Below, piece by piece: positions 1 through 7,762 of a DNA stretch of 18,844 bases. The DNA comes from a bacterium (GTDB lineage Bacteria; Zhuqueibacterota; Zhuqueibacteria; Oceanimicrobiales; Oceanimicrobiaceae), in assembly GCA_046757025.1 (NCBI GenBank), contig JBHHXN010000099.1, forward strand, positions 1 to 18,844, read 5' to 3'. How positions within the stretch are numbered: position 1 is the first letter of the stretch; each line of letters begins with the position of its first letter. Under the pieces are notes generated by a model. The model saw nothing but the letters and a program-made list of their open reading frames with translations, did no database searches and was not told the DNA's origin. A program made the translations under genes and the position numbers.

Positions 1-1660
1 CCTGCAAATACACCCGCCTCAACTTCACATCCACGTAAAACAAATCCTCTGCTACTTTGAATTCATCAGGGTGAATGTCGCCGAGCTCGGTTGTCTGCCA
101 GGAGTGAGTCGGATAAATAAATTCAAATTTACCTCTGGAAGTTGTGACTTTAATCGGCATTTTAAAATCGGCGACGTCTGCCTTCCATCGGTAACGGGCG
201 GTTACTTTGTTTCCTTTTTTGGTTACTGTAATTTCCAGTTCAGGTATGTTTATATTTTTTAAGTATTGCTCGAACAAATAACTAAAATCTTTGCCGGTTT
301 TTAAATTCACAAATTCAACAATATCGTTTGTGGTGATGGTTTGATACTTAAACTCTGAGGCAATGCCATGAATTACTTCAAACCACAAGCTGTCATTATC
401 GATGACATGGCGCAGGGTATTGAGAAAGAGCGAACCTTTTGGATACATGTCGCCCGATCCCTGGTGATTGACGTCGTAGGTGCCAATGATGGGCCGGTCG
501 TTTCGGACGTCCTGTTTCTTGCCATTCTGGTATTGGAGTCCGGCTTCATACCCGTGAATGCATTCCACATAGAGCGCTTCGCTGTAGGCCCCAAAGCTTT
601 CATGAATCCACATATCGGCGATGTCTTTTGAGGTTACGCTGTTGCCCCACCATTCGTGCGCGCTCTCGTGAATGATGATAAAATCAAACGTGATCCCCAC
701 TTCAGATGACCCTTTGCCTTTGTAACCGTATCGAAACTTATTTCCATACGCAATTGCCGTCTGGTGCTCCATACCCAGGTGCGGCGATTCAACCATTTTG
801 TACCCGTCTTTGTAAAATGGAAATTTTCCAAAGAGCTTCTCAAAACAGGCCAGCATCGGCTTGACCTCTTGAAACTGTTTTTTCGCTTTATCGAGATTGT
901 AGGGCATGACATAGTAATCAAGGGTGAGGGTATCGCCATCTTCGTTGACATAAATATCATCAAAATGGGCATACTTTCCGATGTTGAGCGTGACATTGTA
1001 ATTGTTGATTGGGTAGCTCATGAACCAGTCCCAGCGCGTCCAGCCCTCGGGTAACTCAGTTTTTTTCCTAAGGCGGCCGTTCGAAATATTCATGAGACCC
1101 TCTGGAACCGTGACGCTCAGCAGCATACTATCTGGTTCATCGGACTGGTGCTCTTTATTGGGCCACCAGAGATAAGCGCCGTCTCCTTGAACCGTAACAG
1201 CCACCCAGGGGTTGTTGTTTTCATCCTTCGACCAGACAAAGCCGCCGTCCCAGGGAGGTCTTGAGGCTTTTTGCGGCTTGCCGGAATAAAAGACCCGAAT
1301 AGAATGTAGATTGCCAGTTTCAAATTTCTCCGGAAATTGAACAAACACAGCGCCGTGTTCCCGCTCATATGACAGGGATTTGTCACCAAACATGATTTTG
1401 TCGATTTTCATTTTCTCAACTAAATCGATCTGCATTTTATCAAAATTGGAGACCACTTTAAATTGGATAGTGTTGCTGCCCGCTATAGTCTTTGTTTCCG
1501 GATCGACTTTGACATCGAGATGATAATAAGTAACATCATAACAGGTTCGCAAAGACGTCAGCATGCCGCGCAGCGTATCCGCTCTGGTAAAAGTCTGCGC
1601 AAAAATAAACTTGGCGCTCGCAAGAAACAGGAACATAAGGTAAATTTGTTTTGCTCTCAT
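1..1660 (-). CDS. Secreted M1 family zinc aminopeptidase, 3'-partial (runs off the window edge; at least 553 aa)
   Basis: Absent from the ORF track because there is no stop inside the window. Hand translation from ATG at 1660 (AGGA upstream) gives MRAKQIYLMFLFLASAKFIFAQTFTRADTLRG, a signal peptide. It contains LGMEHQ (GxMEN-type motif, ~770-790) and HESAH-x18-E (HESAHEWWGNSVTSKDIADMWIHE, HESAH at 656-670). The frame stays open to base 2. Confidence 0.92.
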   Translation of the reverse strand, partial: MRAKQIYLMFLFLASAKFIFAQTFTRADTLRGMLTSLRTCYDVTYYHLDVKVDPETKTIAGSNTIQFKVVSNFDKMQIDLVEKMKIDKIMFGDKSLSYEREHGAVFVQFPEKFETGNLHSIRVFYSGKPQKASRPPWDGGFVWSKDENNNPWVAVTVQGDGAYLWWPNKEHQSDEPDSMLLSVTVPEGLMNISNGRLRKKTELPEGWTRWDWFMSYPINNYNVTLNIGKYAHFDDIYVNEDGDTLTLDYYVMPYNLDKAKKQFQEVKPMLACFEKLFGKFPFYKDGYKMVESPHLGMEHQTAIAYGNKFRYGYKGKGSSEVGITFDFIIIHESAHEWWGNSVTSKDIADMWIHESFGAYSEALYVECIHGYEAGLQYQNGKKQDVRNDRPIIGTYDVNHQGSGDMYPKGSLFLNTLRHVIDNDSLWFEVIHGIASEFKYQTITTNDIVEFVNLKTGKDFSYLFEQYLKNINIPELEITVTKKGNKVTARYRWKADVADFKMPIKVTTSRGKFEFIYPTHSWQTTELGDIHPDEFKVAEDLFYVDVKLRRVYLQ

Positions 1661-1696
1661 TCTTATATCCTAAATGGTAAACGCAAACAAAATCAA

Positions 1697-2746
1697 TTAG
1701 CGGTCGCCGTCAGCAAGCAAAGAACGGGTTGCCACTGCTAATACAGGGTCGCTGCTTCGCTCACTTTTTGAACTATCTACAAAAATATCAGGAGGGATGC
1801 CCATACCCTCATAGGACAGTCCATCGGCGGCGAAAACTATTTGTGGTGTCAAGGAATAAAACCAGCCATTGGGCAGCTCTTTACCAATTTTTTCTCCATG
1901 CGCCCCGGAGGTTGTGTCACCCATGGTTCTGACATGGGGCAGCACCTTAAAAGCGAGCACCGTTCTTTCAGCGGCACTGACGGTATAACGATCCGTGAGA
2001 ACAACAACAGGACCTGCATATTGAGCATTACCTTTAGGTTCTATGTACCAATTAACTCTGGGTGCAAAGTCATTGGGCCCTGGTCCGCTCTTCGCTTTCG
2101 AGCTAAAAGCAAGCCTTCTTTGATCGGCAAACCTGGATGCAAACAAAAGGCCGTTGCGAAAATCACCACCGAAATTATGTCTTAAATCGATGATAACCCC
2201 TATGATTTCGAAGTTTTTCATAAACTCTAAAATACCATCGAGCACAGAAGGTTCTAATGTCTCAAAATGTTCAATGTGCAGATAACCAAGGTTATTGCTA
2301 CCTTCAATTGAACCTTTAATAACTCCAAAGGTAAAGGGGCCGGAGACGACAAAGTCATTTTGGAGATAAATCGTAGTAATTTTTTCTAAGTCGAAAAAAG
2401 GGTCACCAATCCTCAATCTAATAATTCTGTTCGCATTCCAAAGCTCTCGGCGTGGCGCAGTTAACGTTACGTGCGCGTCATCTAATTTTGCAAGCATTTG
2501 GGTGAAAATTTGGTAAAGCTCCTTGTTGCTTATATAGTCGTTGACTCGCGGTCGAAACGTCTCGAACACCTGAGCCCAATCGGTATTTCTCTGCTCAAAA
2601 GGTCCATATTGGTCCTTAAACGTGGTCCACAGGACCATGAAATTTTCTACCTGTGAATCGGCTGGTTCGTTCTCAAAGAACATATTTTCACAGCCGAAGG
2701 CTACAAAAGCGCTGAGCCAAAGGACGATAATCGTTTTCCCGAGCAT
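1697..2746 (-). CDS. S41 family peptidase lipoprotein (Tricorn C1-like helical domain plus S41 domain, no obvious PDZ)
   Basis: Lipobox-like VAFG-C19. S41 motifs IIDLRHNFGG, TVSAAE (catalytic Ser), GDTTSGA and EGMGIPPD. The N-terminal ENF..LW...Y..F..RN.DW segment and L.D.HV are typical of the Tricorn C1-like domain. Confidence 0.9.
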   Translation of the reverse strand: MLGKTIIVLWLSAFVAFGCENMFFENEPADSQVENFMVLWTTFKDQYGPFEQRNTDWAQVFETFRPRVNDYISNKELYQIFTQMLAKLDDAHVTLTAPRRELWNANRIIRLRIGDPFFDLEKITTIYLQNDFVVSGPFTFGVIKGSIEGSNNLGYLHIEHFETLEPSVLDGILEFMKNFEIIGVIIDLRHNFGGDFRNGLLFASRFADQRRLAFSSKAKSGPGPNDFAPRVNWYIEPKGNAQYAGPVVVLTDRYTVSAAERTVLAFKVLPHVRTMGDTTSGAHGEKIGKELPNGWFYSLTPQIVFAADGLSYEGMGIPPDIFVDSSKSERSSDPVLAVATRSLLADGDR

Positions 2747-2749
2747 GAT

Positions 2750-3562
2750 TTAAAAATTATATACAAAACCGATTTCAAAGCTGTTTCTGAGTATCGCGGC
2801 TTTCAAGAAATTAGTAGATTTCAGATACTCAAATTGATAGGCCAACAACAGTTGTGTGACGGAGGATAAGAATCTCCTATAAAAAATACGCGCATGGATG
2901 TCTAGAAAGTCGGTGAAGACTGCAAGCTCACCATTTTTAGTTACGTGTATAAAATCGGAAAATGCCTTTAACCGCTCTTCATCGGAAATTGCAAAAGTGG
3001 AGCGCGCAACCCAGGCCACCAGCGGAAAACCCGTCTCAATGTTCAAAGATTGGGTTGGGGACAATTTAAGGGTTCCTCGTGTCCACGCTGACAATGAGTA
3101 CGCGACAACAGTGCCATTGTTTTTAACCGGGCCAAAGTGGTACTCCAAATAATTGAAATCGCCCTCAAGAAATCCACCAACAAGAATTTCGGTTTTATCC
3201 TTTCGGAAAATGTTTTTGCCAAAAAGATAGTGAAGACGAATCGTCAGGGCTTCACTGTTTGAAGTCTCGTGTGGTTCACCTGAAATGAAATAAGAAAATT
3301 GATCTGATGCTCGAACATCTATCTGACTCAATGCAAATCCCACCCGGTGCAAGCCGTTTTTGGTTCTGCGCTCGTAGAATAACTCTCCCATTAGCAAAGA
3401 ATTGCCGCGATAAATTAAGGGGGATAAGATCAGATCCTGGCTGCGATAATCCTGCGGCCCCCAGCTTAGTCCAAATGCATTTTGGTGGTCGGCTGGTGGT
3501 TGGGAGAATGCGGGAACGTTAATGAATAAAATTACAAACACAAGAATACGGCAATGCAGCAT
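2750..3562 (-). CDS. Exported protein, probable outer-membrane beta-barrel of unknown function
   Basis: Signal peptide (MLHCRILVFVILFINVPAFS), alternating amphipathic aromatic-rich strands, and a C-terminal beta-signal ending FEIGFVYNF. Its stop is only 3 nt from the S41 start codon. Confidence 0.7.
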   Translation of the reverse strand: MLHCRILVFVILFINVPAFSQPPADHQNAFGLSWGPQDYRSQDLILSPLIYRGNSLLMGELFYERRTKNGLHRVGFALSQIDVRASDQFSYFISGEPHETSNSEALTIRLHYLFGKNIFRKDKTEILVGGFLEGDFNYLEYHFGPVKNNGTVVAYSLSAWTRGTLKLSPTQSLNIETGFPLVAWVARSTFAISDEERLKAFSDFIHVTKNGELAVFTDFLDIHARIFYRRFLSSVTQLLLAYQFEYLKSTNFLKAAILRNSFEIGFVYNF

Positions 3563-3613
3563 ATGCGACTTCAGGACCTCAGATTAAGTTGATGAATGAA
3601 GCGAGAAATTGCC

Positions 3614-6600
3614 CTAAATCGCCTGTTCAAATCCAAACACCCAACGAAAATGAAAATCTTTTTCATCAGGTAAAGACTTGCTCACCCAAAATGGGAAGTC
3701 CAGGCGAATGGTCAGGTTACGGCCGCCAGTGAAAATCGTGTACCAGTTATCCGGCAGCCGTGTTTGAAAGCGGACGCCCACGCCGGCGTCCGCGAAGATA
3801 TCTTCATTGGAACCTACTAAACCCATGGCGGCAATATCTGCAAAACCGACAAGAGCAGTGCTGCGGAGAAACGAGCTAAGGAACCCGAGCCGAAATTTCG
3901 GCTTCAACTGTTTTCGGACTTCAGCATTTACAGCAAAAAGCTCATCTCCGATTATAGGTTGATTATAATACCCGCGGAGATTGCCGCCACCCGGCAAGTG
4001 ATAGTGCAATCCGTTGGGAAGCGCGCCCTGACTTCGGAGGTAAAAGCGTTTGAAGCGGTCGCGGGGATTGGCGCCGTCAAGAAAAATCAGGTCTTGAATG
4101 GGCGCATCTTTTGAATCGAGAATTTTCTTGCCAAAAAATCTGACAAAGATGCCATCTTTGTTTTTAGGAAACCAAAATTTCAACTCGGTAAAAACAGTAT
4201 TATAATTAAAGTCGCTGCCCCAGTCTTTTTGCGCCGAATCAAATCCAAAGGATAGATTTGTAAACCAATTAAAACCTCGCGGATTCAGCGAATAGCGAAC
4301 AGAAGCCTTATTGACAATCCCAACCTGCCAGGTGGATATAGTTGTACCATCAAATTCTCTTTGGGAATAAAGCTCCCGCCTTCCGCTCAACTGCCGTGAA
4401 TGATTAAAGCCCACTTGGATTCGATGCTGCGGCGGAACGCTCAAATTTTGACTCTTAATGAAACTGAGATATGAATCAATTTCGAAGCGGCCTTCCATTT
4501 TCTGAACCATCACCACCCCCTGCGTCCTGCCGCCTAATGGCTTGATTTGACCGGAATATCTGAATTGGTAATCCAGTTCTTGCGAGTCGGTACCGTACCA
4601 CAGACCTAATTCTGCATTTCTTTGCGAGCCCTGCCAGCCTTTAAGCCTTCCGCCTATTCGCGTCTTATCAACTTTGTTATACCAGCCACTGGGCCGCCAG
4701 GTAATTAGAAGTGCATCTCGGGGACGAAACGACATATTCGGATATTCAAATTGAAAAATCGCTCTTAAAGGACCGTTGTTGAAGCGCGAGTTTTCCAAAA
4801 TGGCATCTTCGGGATCAAGAGTAACTTCTTTGGGTTGGCTTTTGGTCAGGAAGGTTACCTTGCCAACTTTTTCAAAACCGTCCCATCTTTTTAAATGGCT
4901 TTCGCCGGTTTTCGTCGTGAGTTGTACATCCACAGGCATGGTGCCGTTATCTTTCTTTATGATGTGCACGTCCGTCTGCCAGAGAGAATCGACTTTGCGT
5001 TTTTCCACTTTGCCTAAACTGTAATCGACGGTCATGGTTTTGTCCAGCCACTGATCAAAAAACCATTGCAAATCCATGCCGCTGACATCCTCACAAACTT
5101 TCTGGAAGCGGGCTCTGTTCACATGTTTGAATTTCCAGCGGCTAAAATATTCATGACAAATTTTTTTGAAAATCTCATCCCCGACCACATATCTGAGCAT
5201 GTCGTAAAAAAAAGCGCCTTTCGTGTAGGCATTAATGCTGTATCCCGCCCCATCCAAAAAGGTGTGTGCAGGTTTCGAAATCGGCTCGTTGTGTCCGGAG
5301 TTCATGTAAAAAAGCGCCGTATCCCGATTGCGCCCTCGACTGGTTCTTGCCGGACGGTGCTTTTGCAGCCAATTCGCACGTTTCAAGCTCGCCTGTCGGT
5401 CAAATCCCCACTTCCCGTAGCGACTCTCCATGTACCAGCGGGTTTGAAATGAAGTAAAGCCTTCATCTAACCAGGCTTCTTTCCATTCGTTGTTGCCCAG
5501 AATTCCGAAGAAATAAATATGCCCCACTTCGTGCAGAATCAAGCTCTCCCTTTCCGAGCTGTTCATGACCAGCATGGGGTACTCCATGCCGCCTCTCAAA
5601 AGTCCGTGCGTGACAGTCAACTGCGGATAGGGGTAGCGGCCGAATTTCTCAGAGAGCCATTCCAAAGCTCTGGCGGATCGTTTGGGAACTGTTCTGCTCC
5701 ACCGGCTTTTTACGCCTGACCGATAGAGAACGTGGATCGGAATGCCGTCCCATTCACCCGATTCGTACAAAAAATCTGGACAGGTCAACCAGGCAAAATC
5801 ATGAACGTTTTCGGCTCGAAATCTTACTTTTCTTTGACTGCCTCGTTTTGACTGTTCGCGCATGTCAGATTTGATTTTTTTGAATCGCTCAAGCCATTCT
5901 GTATTCGACAAAGATGTATCCACACGAACCAAATCCCAGCCGGGATCCCCCGCCACCAATTTACCAGTTGCGCCCACGATATATTCGAAGGGCACGTTGA
6001 TCGTGACGTCGAAAGTACCGAATTCGCCGTAAAATTCGCCAGTATAATGGAAAGGTTCGGCATTCCAGCCGTTTTCGTCGTAAACGCAAACTTTGGGGTA
6101 CCATTGGGCAAAGTCGTATTGAGTTCCTCGATAGCCGGCCCGCCCTGCAAATTTTCTAACCTTCAAATAAAAAGAAAGCTCAACAGTCAAATTGCCGCCC
6201 GGAGGCAAAGGCTCAGGCAAATCGGCTTCTAAAATGGTATCGTCGACTTTAAAAGCACTCAGCGACCTCTCCTGCTGGCCGCTGTTCTTATTGATAATCC
6301 GAAAAAATTCAATTTGAATATAGCCGGCGTCCTTTATGTCTGAAAGAAGTTTGCGGTAGTATTGACTTGCCTCTTTTGCATGAATGGTGTTGTTGTTGCG
6401 ATAGGCATTTGGGTAGAGATGAAGGTAGAATTTCCTCAGTGTGTCAGGCGAATTATTTGTGTATTGAATTGTTTCTCGACCGGAAAGGGCGTGTTCAGCA
6501 GGCAGCAAAGTAACATCCATCGTATAATGAACCAATTGCTGCCAGTATTTTTCGTTAGCATGGAGATCTGCAAAAAAGAGTAAACTCAGGATGGAAATGT

Positions 6601-6619
6601 AAATGCGCATTGAATTCAT
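3614..6619 (-). CDS. M1 family metallopeptidase fused to a C-terminal Omp85/BamA-like beta-barrel
   Basis: Signal peptide, GGMEYP, and HEVGH-x18-E (HEVGH at 5519-5533). The C-terminal ~360 aa carry Omp85-type motifs SDFNY, GGGNLRGY, NAEVR, FAD, DAGVGVR and IRLDF, ending WVFGFEQAI. RBS GAGGGG precedes ATG 6619; an alternative ATG lies at 6610. Confidence 0.88.
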   Translation of the reverse strand: MNSMRIYISILSLLFFADLHANEKYWQQLVHYTMDVTLLPAEHALSGRETIQYTNNSPDTLRKFYLHLYPNAYRNNNTIHAKEASQYYRKLLSDIKDAGYIQIEFFRIINKNSGQQERSLSAFKVDDTILEADLPEPLPPGGNLTVELSFYLKVRKFAGRAGYRGTQYDFAQWYPKVCVYDENGWNAEPFHYTGEFYGEFGTFDVTINVPFEYIVGATGKLVAGDPGWDLVRVDTSLSNTEWLERFKKIKSDMREQSKRGSQRKVRFRAENVHDFAWLTCPDFLYESGEWDGIPIHVLYRSGVKSRWSRTVPKRSARALEWLSEKFGRYPYPQLTVTHGLLRGGMEYPMLVMNSSERESLILHEVGHIYFFGILGNNEWKEAWLDEGFTSFQTRWYMESRYGKWGFDRQASLKRANWLQKHRPARTSRGRNRDTALFYMNSGHNEPISKPAHTFLDGAGYSINAYTKGAFFYDMLRYVVGDEIFKKICHEYFSRWKFKHVNRARFQKVCEDVSGMDLQWFFDQWLDKTMTVDYSLGKVEKRKVDSLWQTDVHIIKKDNGTMPVDVQLTTKTGESHLKRWDGFEKVGKVTFLTKSQPKEVTLDPEDAILENSRFNNGPLRAIFQFEYPNMSFRPRDALLITWRPSGWYNKVDKTRIGGRLKGWQGSQRNAELGLWYGTDSQELDYQFRYSGQIKPLGGRTQGVVMVQKMEGRFEIDSYLSFIKSQNLSVPPQHRIQVGFNHSRQLSGRRELYSQREFDGTTISTWQVGIVNKASVRYSLNPRGFNWFTNLSFGFDSAQKDWGSDFNYNTVFTELKFWFPKNKDGIFVRFFGKKILDSKDAPIQDLIFLDGANPRDRFKRFYLRSQGALPNGLHYHLPGGGNLRGYYNQPIIGDELFAVNAEVRKQLKPKFRLGFLSSFLRSTALVGFADIAAMGLVGSNEDIFADAGVGVRFQTRLPDNWYTIFTGGRNLTIRLDFPFWVSKSLPDEKDFHFRWVFGFEQAI

Positions 6620-6655
6620 TCAATGATTCCCCTCTTTGAGCAATTCATAAAATAA

Positions 6656-6684
6656 AACATACAAATTTTGCAGGAGAGAATCAA
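6656..6684 (-). promoter_or_regulatory. Possible sigma70-type promoter for the peptidase operon
   Basis: Minus strand TTGATT (6684-6679), 17-nt spacer, TATGTT (6661-6656), about 40 nt upstream of ATG 6619. Confidence 0.35.
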
Positions 6685-6742
6685 GAAAGAAAGCGGTCTG
6701 CGCTTCACCCGCTCTGCGTCAAGTTCATTCAAAAGAAAATCG

Positions 6743-6782
6743 TTGACATTTTTTTTGTGAAAATGACAATGTTCGTGTACAC
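6743..6782 (+). promoter_or_regulatory. Possible sigma70-type promoter followed by a GTGTACAC palindrome
   Basis: Perfect TTGACA (6743-6748), 16-nt spacer, GACAAT (6765-6770). The palindrome GTGTACAC at 6775-6782 overlaps the expected start site. Confidence 0.35.
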
Positions 6783-6806
6783 CCCAGCGCGGCGAAGTCG
6801 CACTGG

Positions 6807-6892
6807 CAAACGCGAAACGTGAGATGTGAAACGTGCCCCTCAACATGGTGTGTTGGGGAAGGGCACGTCTCACGTTTGACGTCTCACATCTC
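6807..6892. repeat. Inverted arrays of 7-bp tandem repeats around a short hairpin core
   Basis: Left arm CAAACGC GAAACGT GAGATGT GAAACGT (6807-6834). Core GCCCCTCAACA-TGGTG-TGTTGGGGAAGGGC (6835-6864). Right arm ACGTCTC ACGTTTG ACGTCTC ACATCTC (6865-6892), made of reverse-complement-like units. Confidence 0.85.
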
Positions 6893-6926
6893 ACAATAAT
6901 CCTCCAAAGAAAACATGTCATACTTT

Positions 6927-6971
6927 TTGCAAAAAAATGCAAAGATAATACTATAAAATGTCAATGTACAT
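6927..6971 (+). promoter_or_regulatory. Possible antitoxin promoter with ATGTACAT operator-like palindrome
   Basis: TTGCAA (6927-6932), 16-nt spacer, TACTAT (6949-6954). ATGTACAT lies at 6964-6971. TGTACA is the operator core known for E. coli yefM-yoeB and P1 phd-doc. Confidence 0.4.
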
Positions 6972-6993
6972 GAAATTAAGAATGAGGACTGTT

Positions 6994-7158
6994 ATGATTA
7001 AGGTTTCAGCAACAAAGTTGCGCAAACACCTGTTTGACTATCTGGACAGAGCGGCAGCAGGCGAGACGATTGTTATCCAGCGCAATAACGAGGAAGTTGC
7101 ACGGCTGCCGATAAGGTGGAGTTTGATGCGGCCGTCTGCACTCAGCTTATGGTTCTGA
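6994..7158 (+). pseudogene. Truncated Phd/YefM-family antitoxin (N-terminal DNA-binding domain only)
   Basis: RBS GAGGA (6984-6988) then ATG 6994: MIKVSATKLRKHLFDYLDRAAAGETIVIQRNNEEVARL, a typical Phd/YefM N-terminus. Similarity stops at ~7107, and the rest is an out-of-frame read into transposase DNA. No toxin gene follows. Confidence 0.8.
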
Positions 7159-7706
7159 ATCGCTGCGTTGACCCGATGAGTAAGCTTGCGCTCTCCGAAT
7201 GGCAGAAGACGGTGTATTTCGAAGGCCAGAAGTCATTTGACTATCACCAGATTCTGCGACCGTTAGATTATTTGGAGAAGATCCGGGATGAATTAGAAGG
7301 CGTTCTTTTTGAGAAGCAATTGGATCTTTTTCATCAAAGCGTTGACCTGGTATTTTTTGATGTCACTTCCACCTACTTTGAGGGCGAGGGGCCAGAGATG
7401 GCCGAGAGAGGCCACTCTCGAGACGGCAAGCCTGAGAACAATCAGATCATTCTGGCGTTAGCCATCACCAAAAGCGGCTTAACCATTGGTCATGAGATTT
7501 ACGAAAGGGGCCGCAAAGATTCTCAAACGGTGGTTGAGATGCTTCAGCGGCTCAAATCGCGCTTTCAGATTGACCAATGTATTTTTGTCGGTGATCGCGG
7601 CATGGTCAGTGCGGATAATATCGCTGAGTTAGAACGTATGAACTATGAATATATCTTTGCGCTTCGCAAACGCCGCCTCAGAGAATCCGCTGAGGTGCTT
7701 GAATAA
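7108..7706 (+). pseudogene. Internal fragment of an IS1634-family DDE transposase
   Basis: Motifs MVLNR..DP.SKL, LVFFDVTSTYFEG, GHSRDGKP, Q.ILAL, and IFVGDRGM. Only about 200 aa, against roughly 500-600 aa for the family. The N-terminus and the third catalytic residue region are missing, and I found no terminal inverted repeats. Confidence 0.85.
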
Positions 7707-7725
7707 ATATTTTCAATCAGGGAAT

Positions 7726-7754
7726 CCTCCCGCAGCCTCTGAACCTGTGGGAGG
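7726..7754. terminator. Stem-loop between convergent genes, possible terminator
   Basis: CCTCCCGCAG (7726-7735) pairs with CTGTGGGAGG (7745-7754) around a 9-nt loop, 8 nt past the stop of the 2472-aa gene. There is no clean U-tract. Confidence 0.4.
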
Positions 7755-7762
7755 TTAGCGGA

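Noticed and set aside
71..1741. Short ORFs listed in the track across 71-1741
   Set aside because: They are shadow frames of the edge-truncated M1 gene (1660 to <1) and show no recognisable motifs.
6783..6870. tRNA-Leu-like (CTGGCAAACGCG) or c-di-GMP-I riboswitch-like (GGCAAAC...GAAA) sequence
   Set aside because: There is no T-arm GTTCRA or acceptor stem, and no second riboswitch stem. The resemblance is explained by the heptamer repeats.
6807..6892. CRISPR array
   Set aside because: The units are 7 bp, tandem and inverted, with no spacers and no cas genes.
6616..6942. 108-aa minus-strand ORF
   Set aside because: It reads through promoter-like DNA and the heptamer repeats, and has no RBS or protein-like motif.
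6958..6993. Upstream ATG start for the antitoxin
   Set aside because: The RBS and the family N-terminus fit ATG 6994, and the extension overlaps the operator-like palindrome.
7108..7706. Active IS element or programmed antitoxin-transposase frameshift fusion
   Set aside because: The transposase lacks both ends, I found no inverted repeats, and there is no slippery run at the junction.
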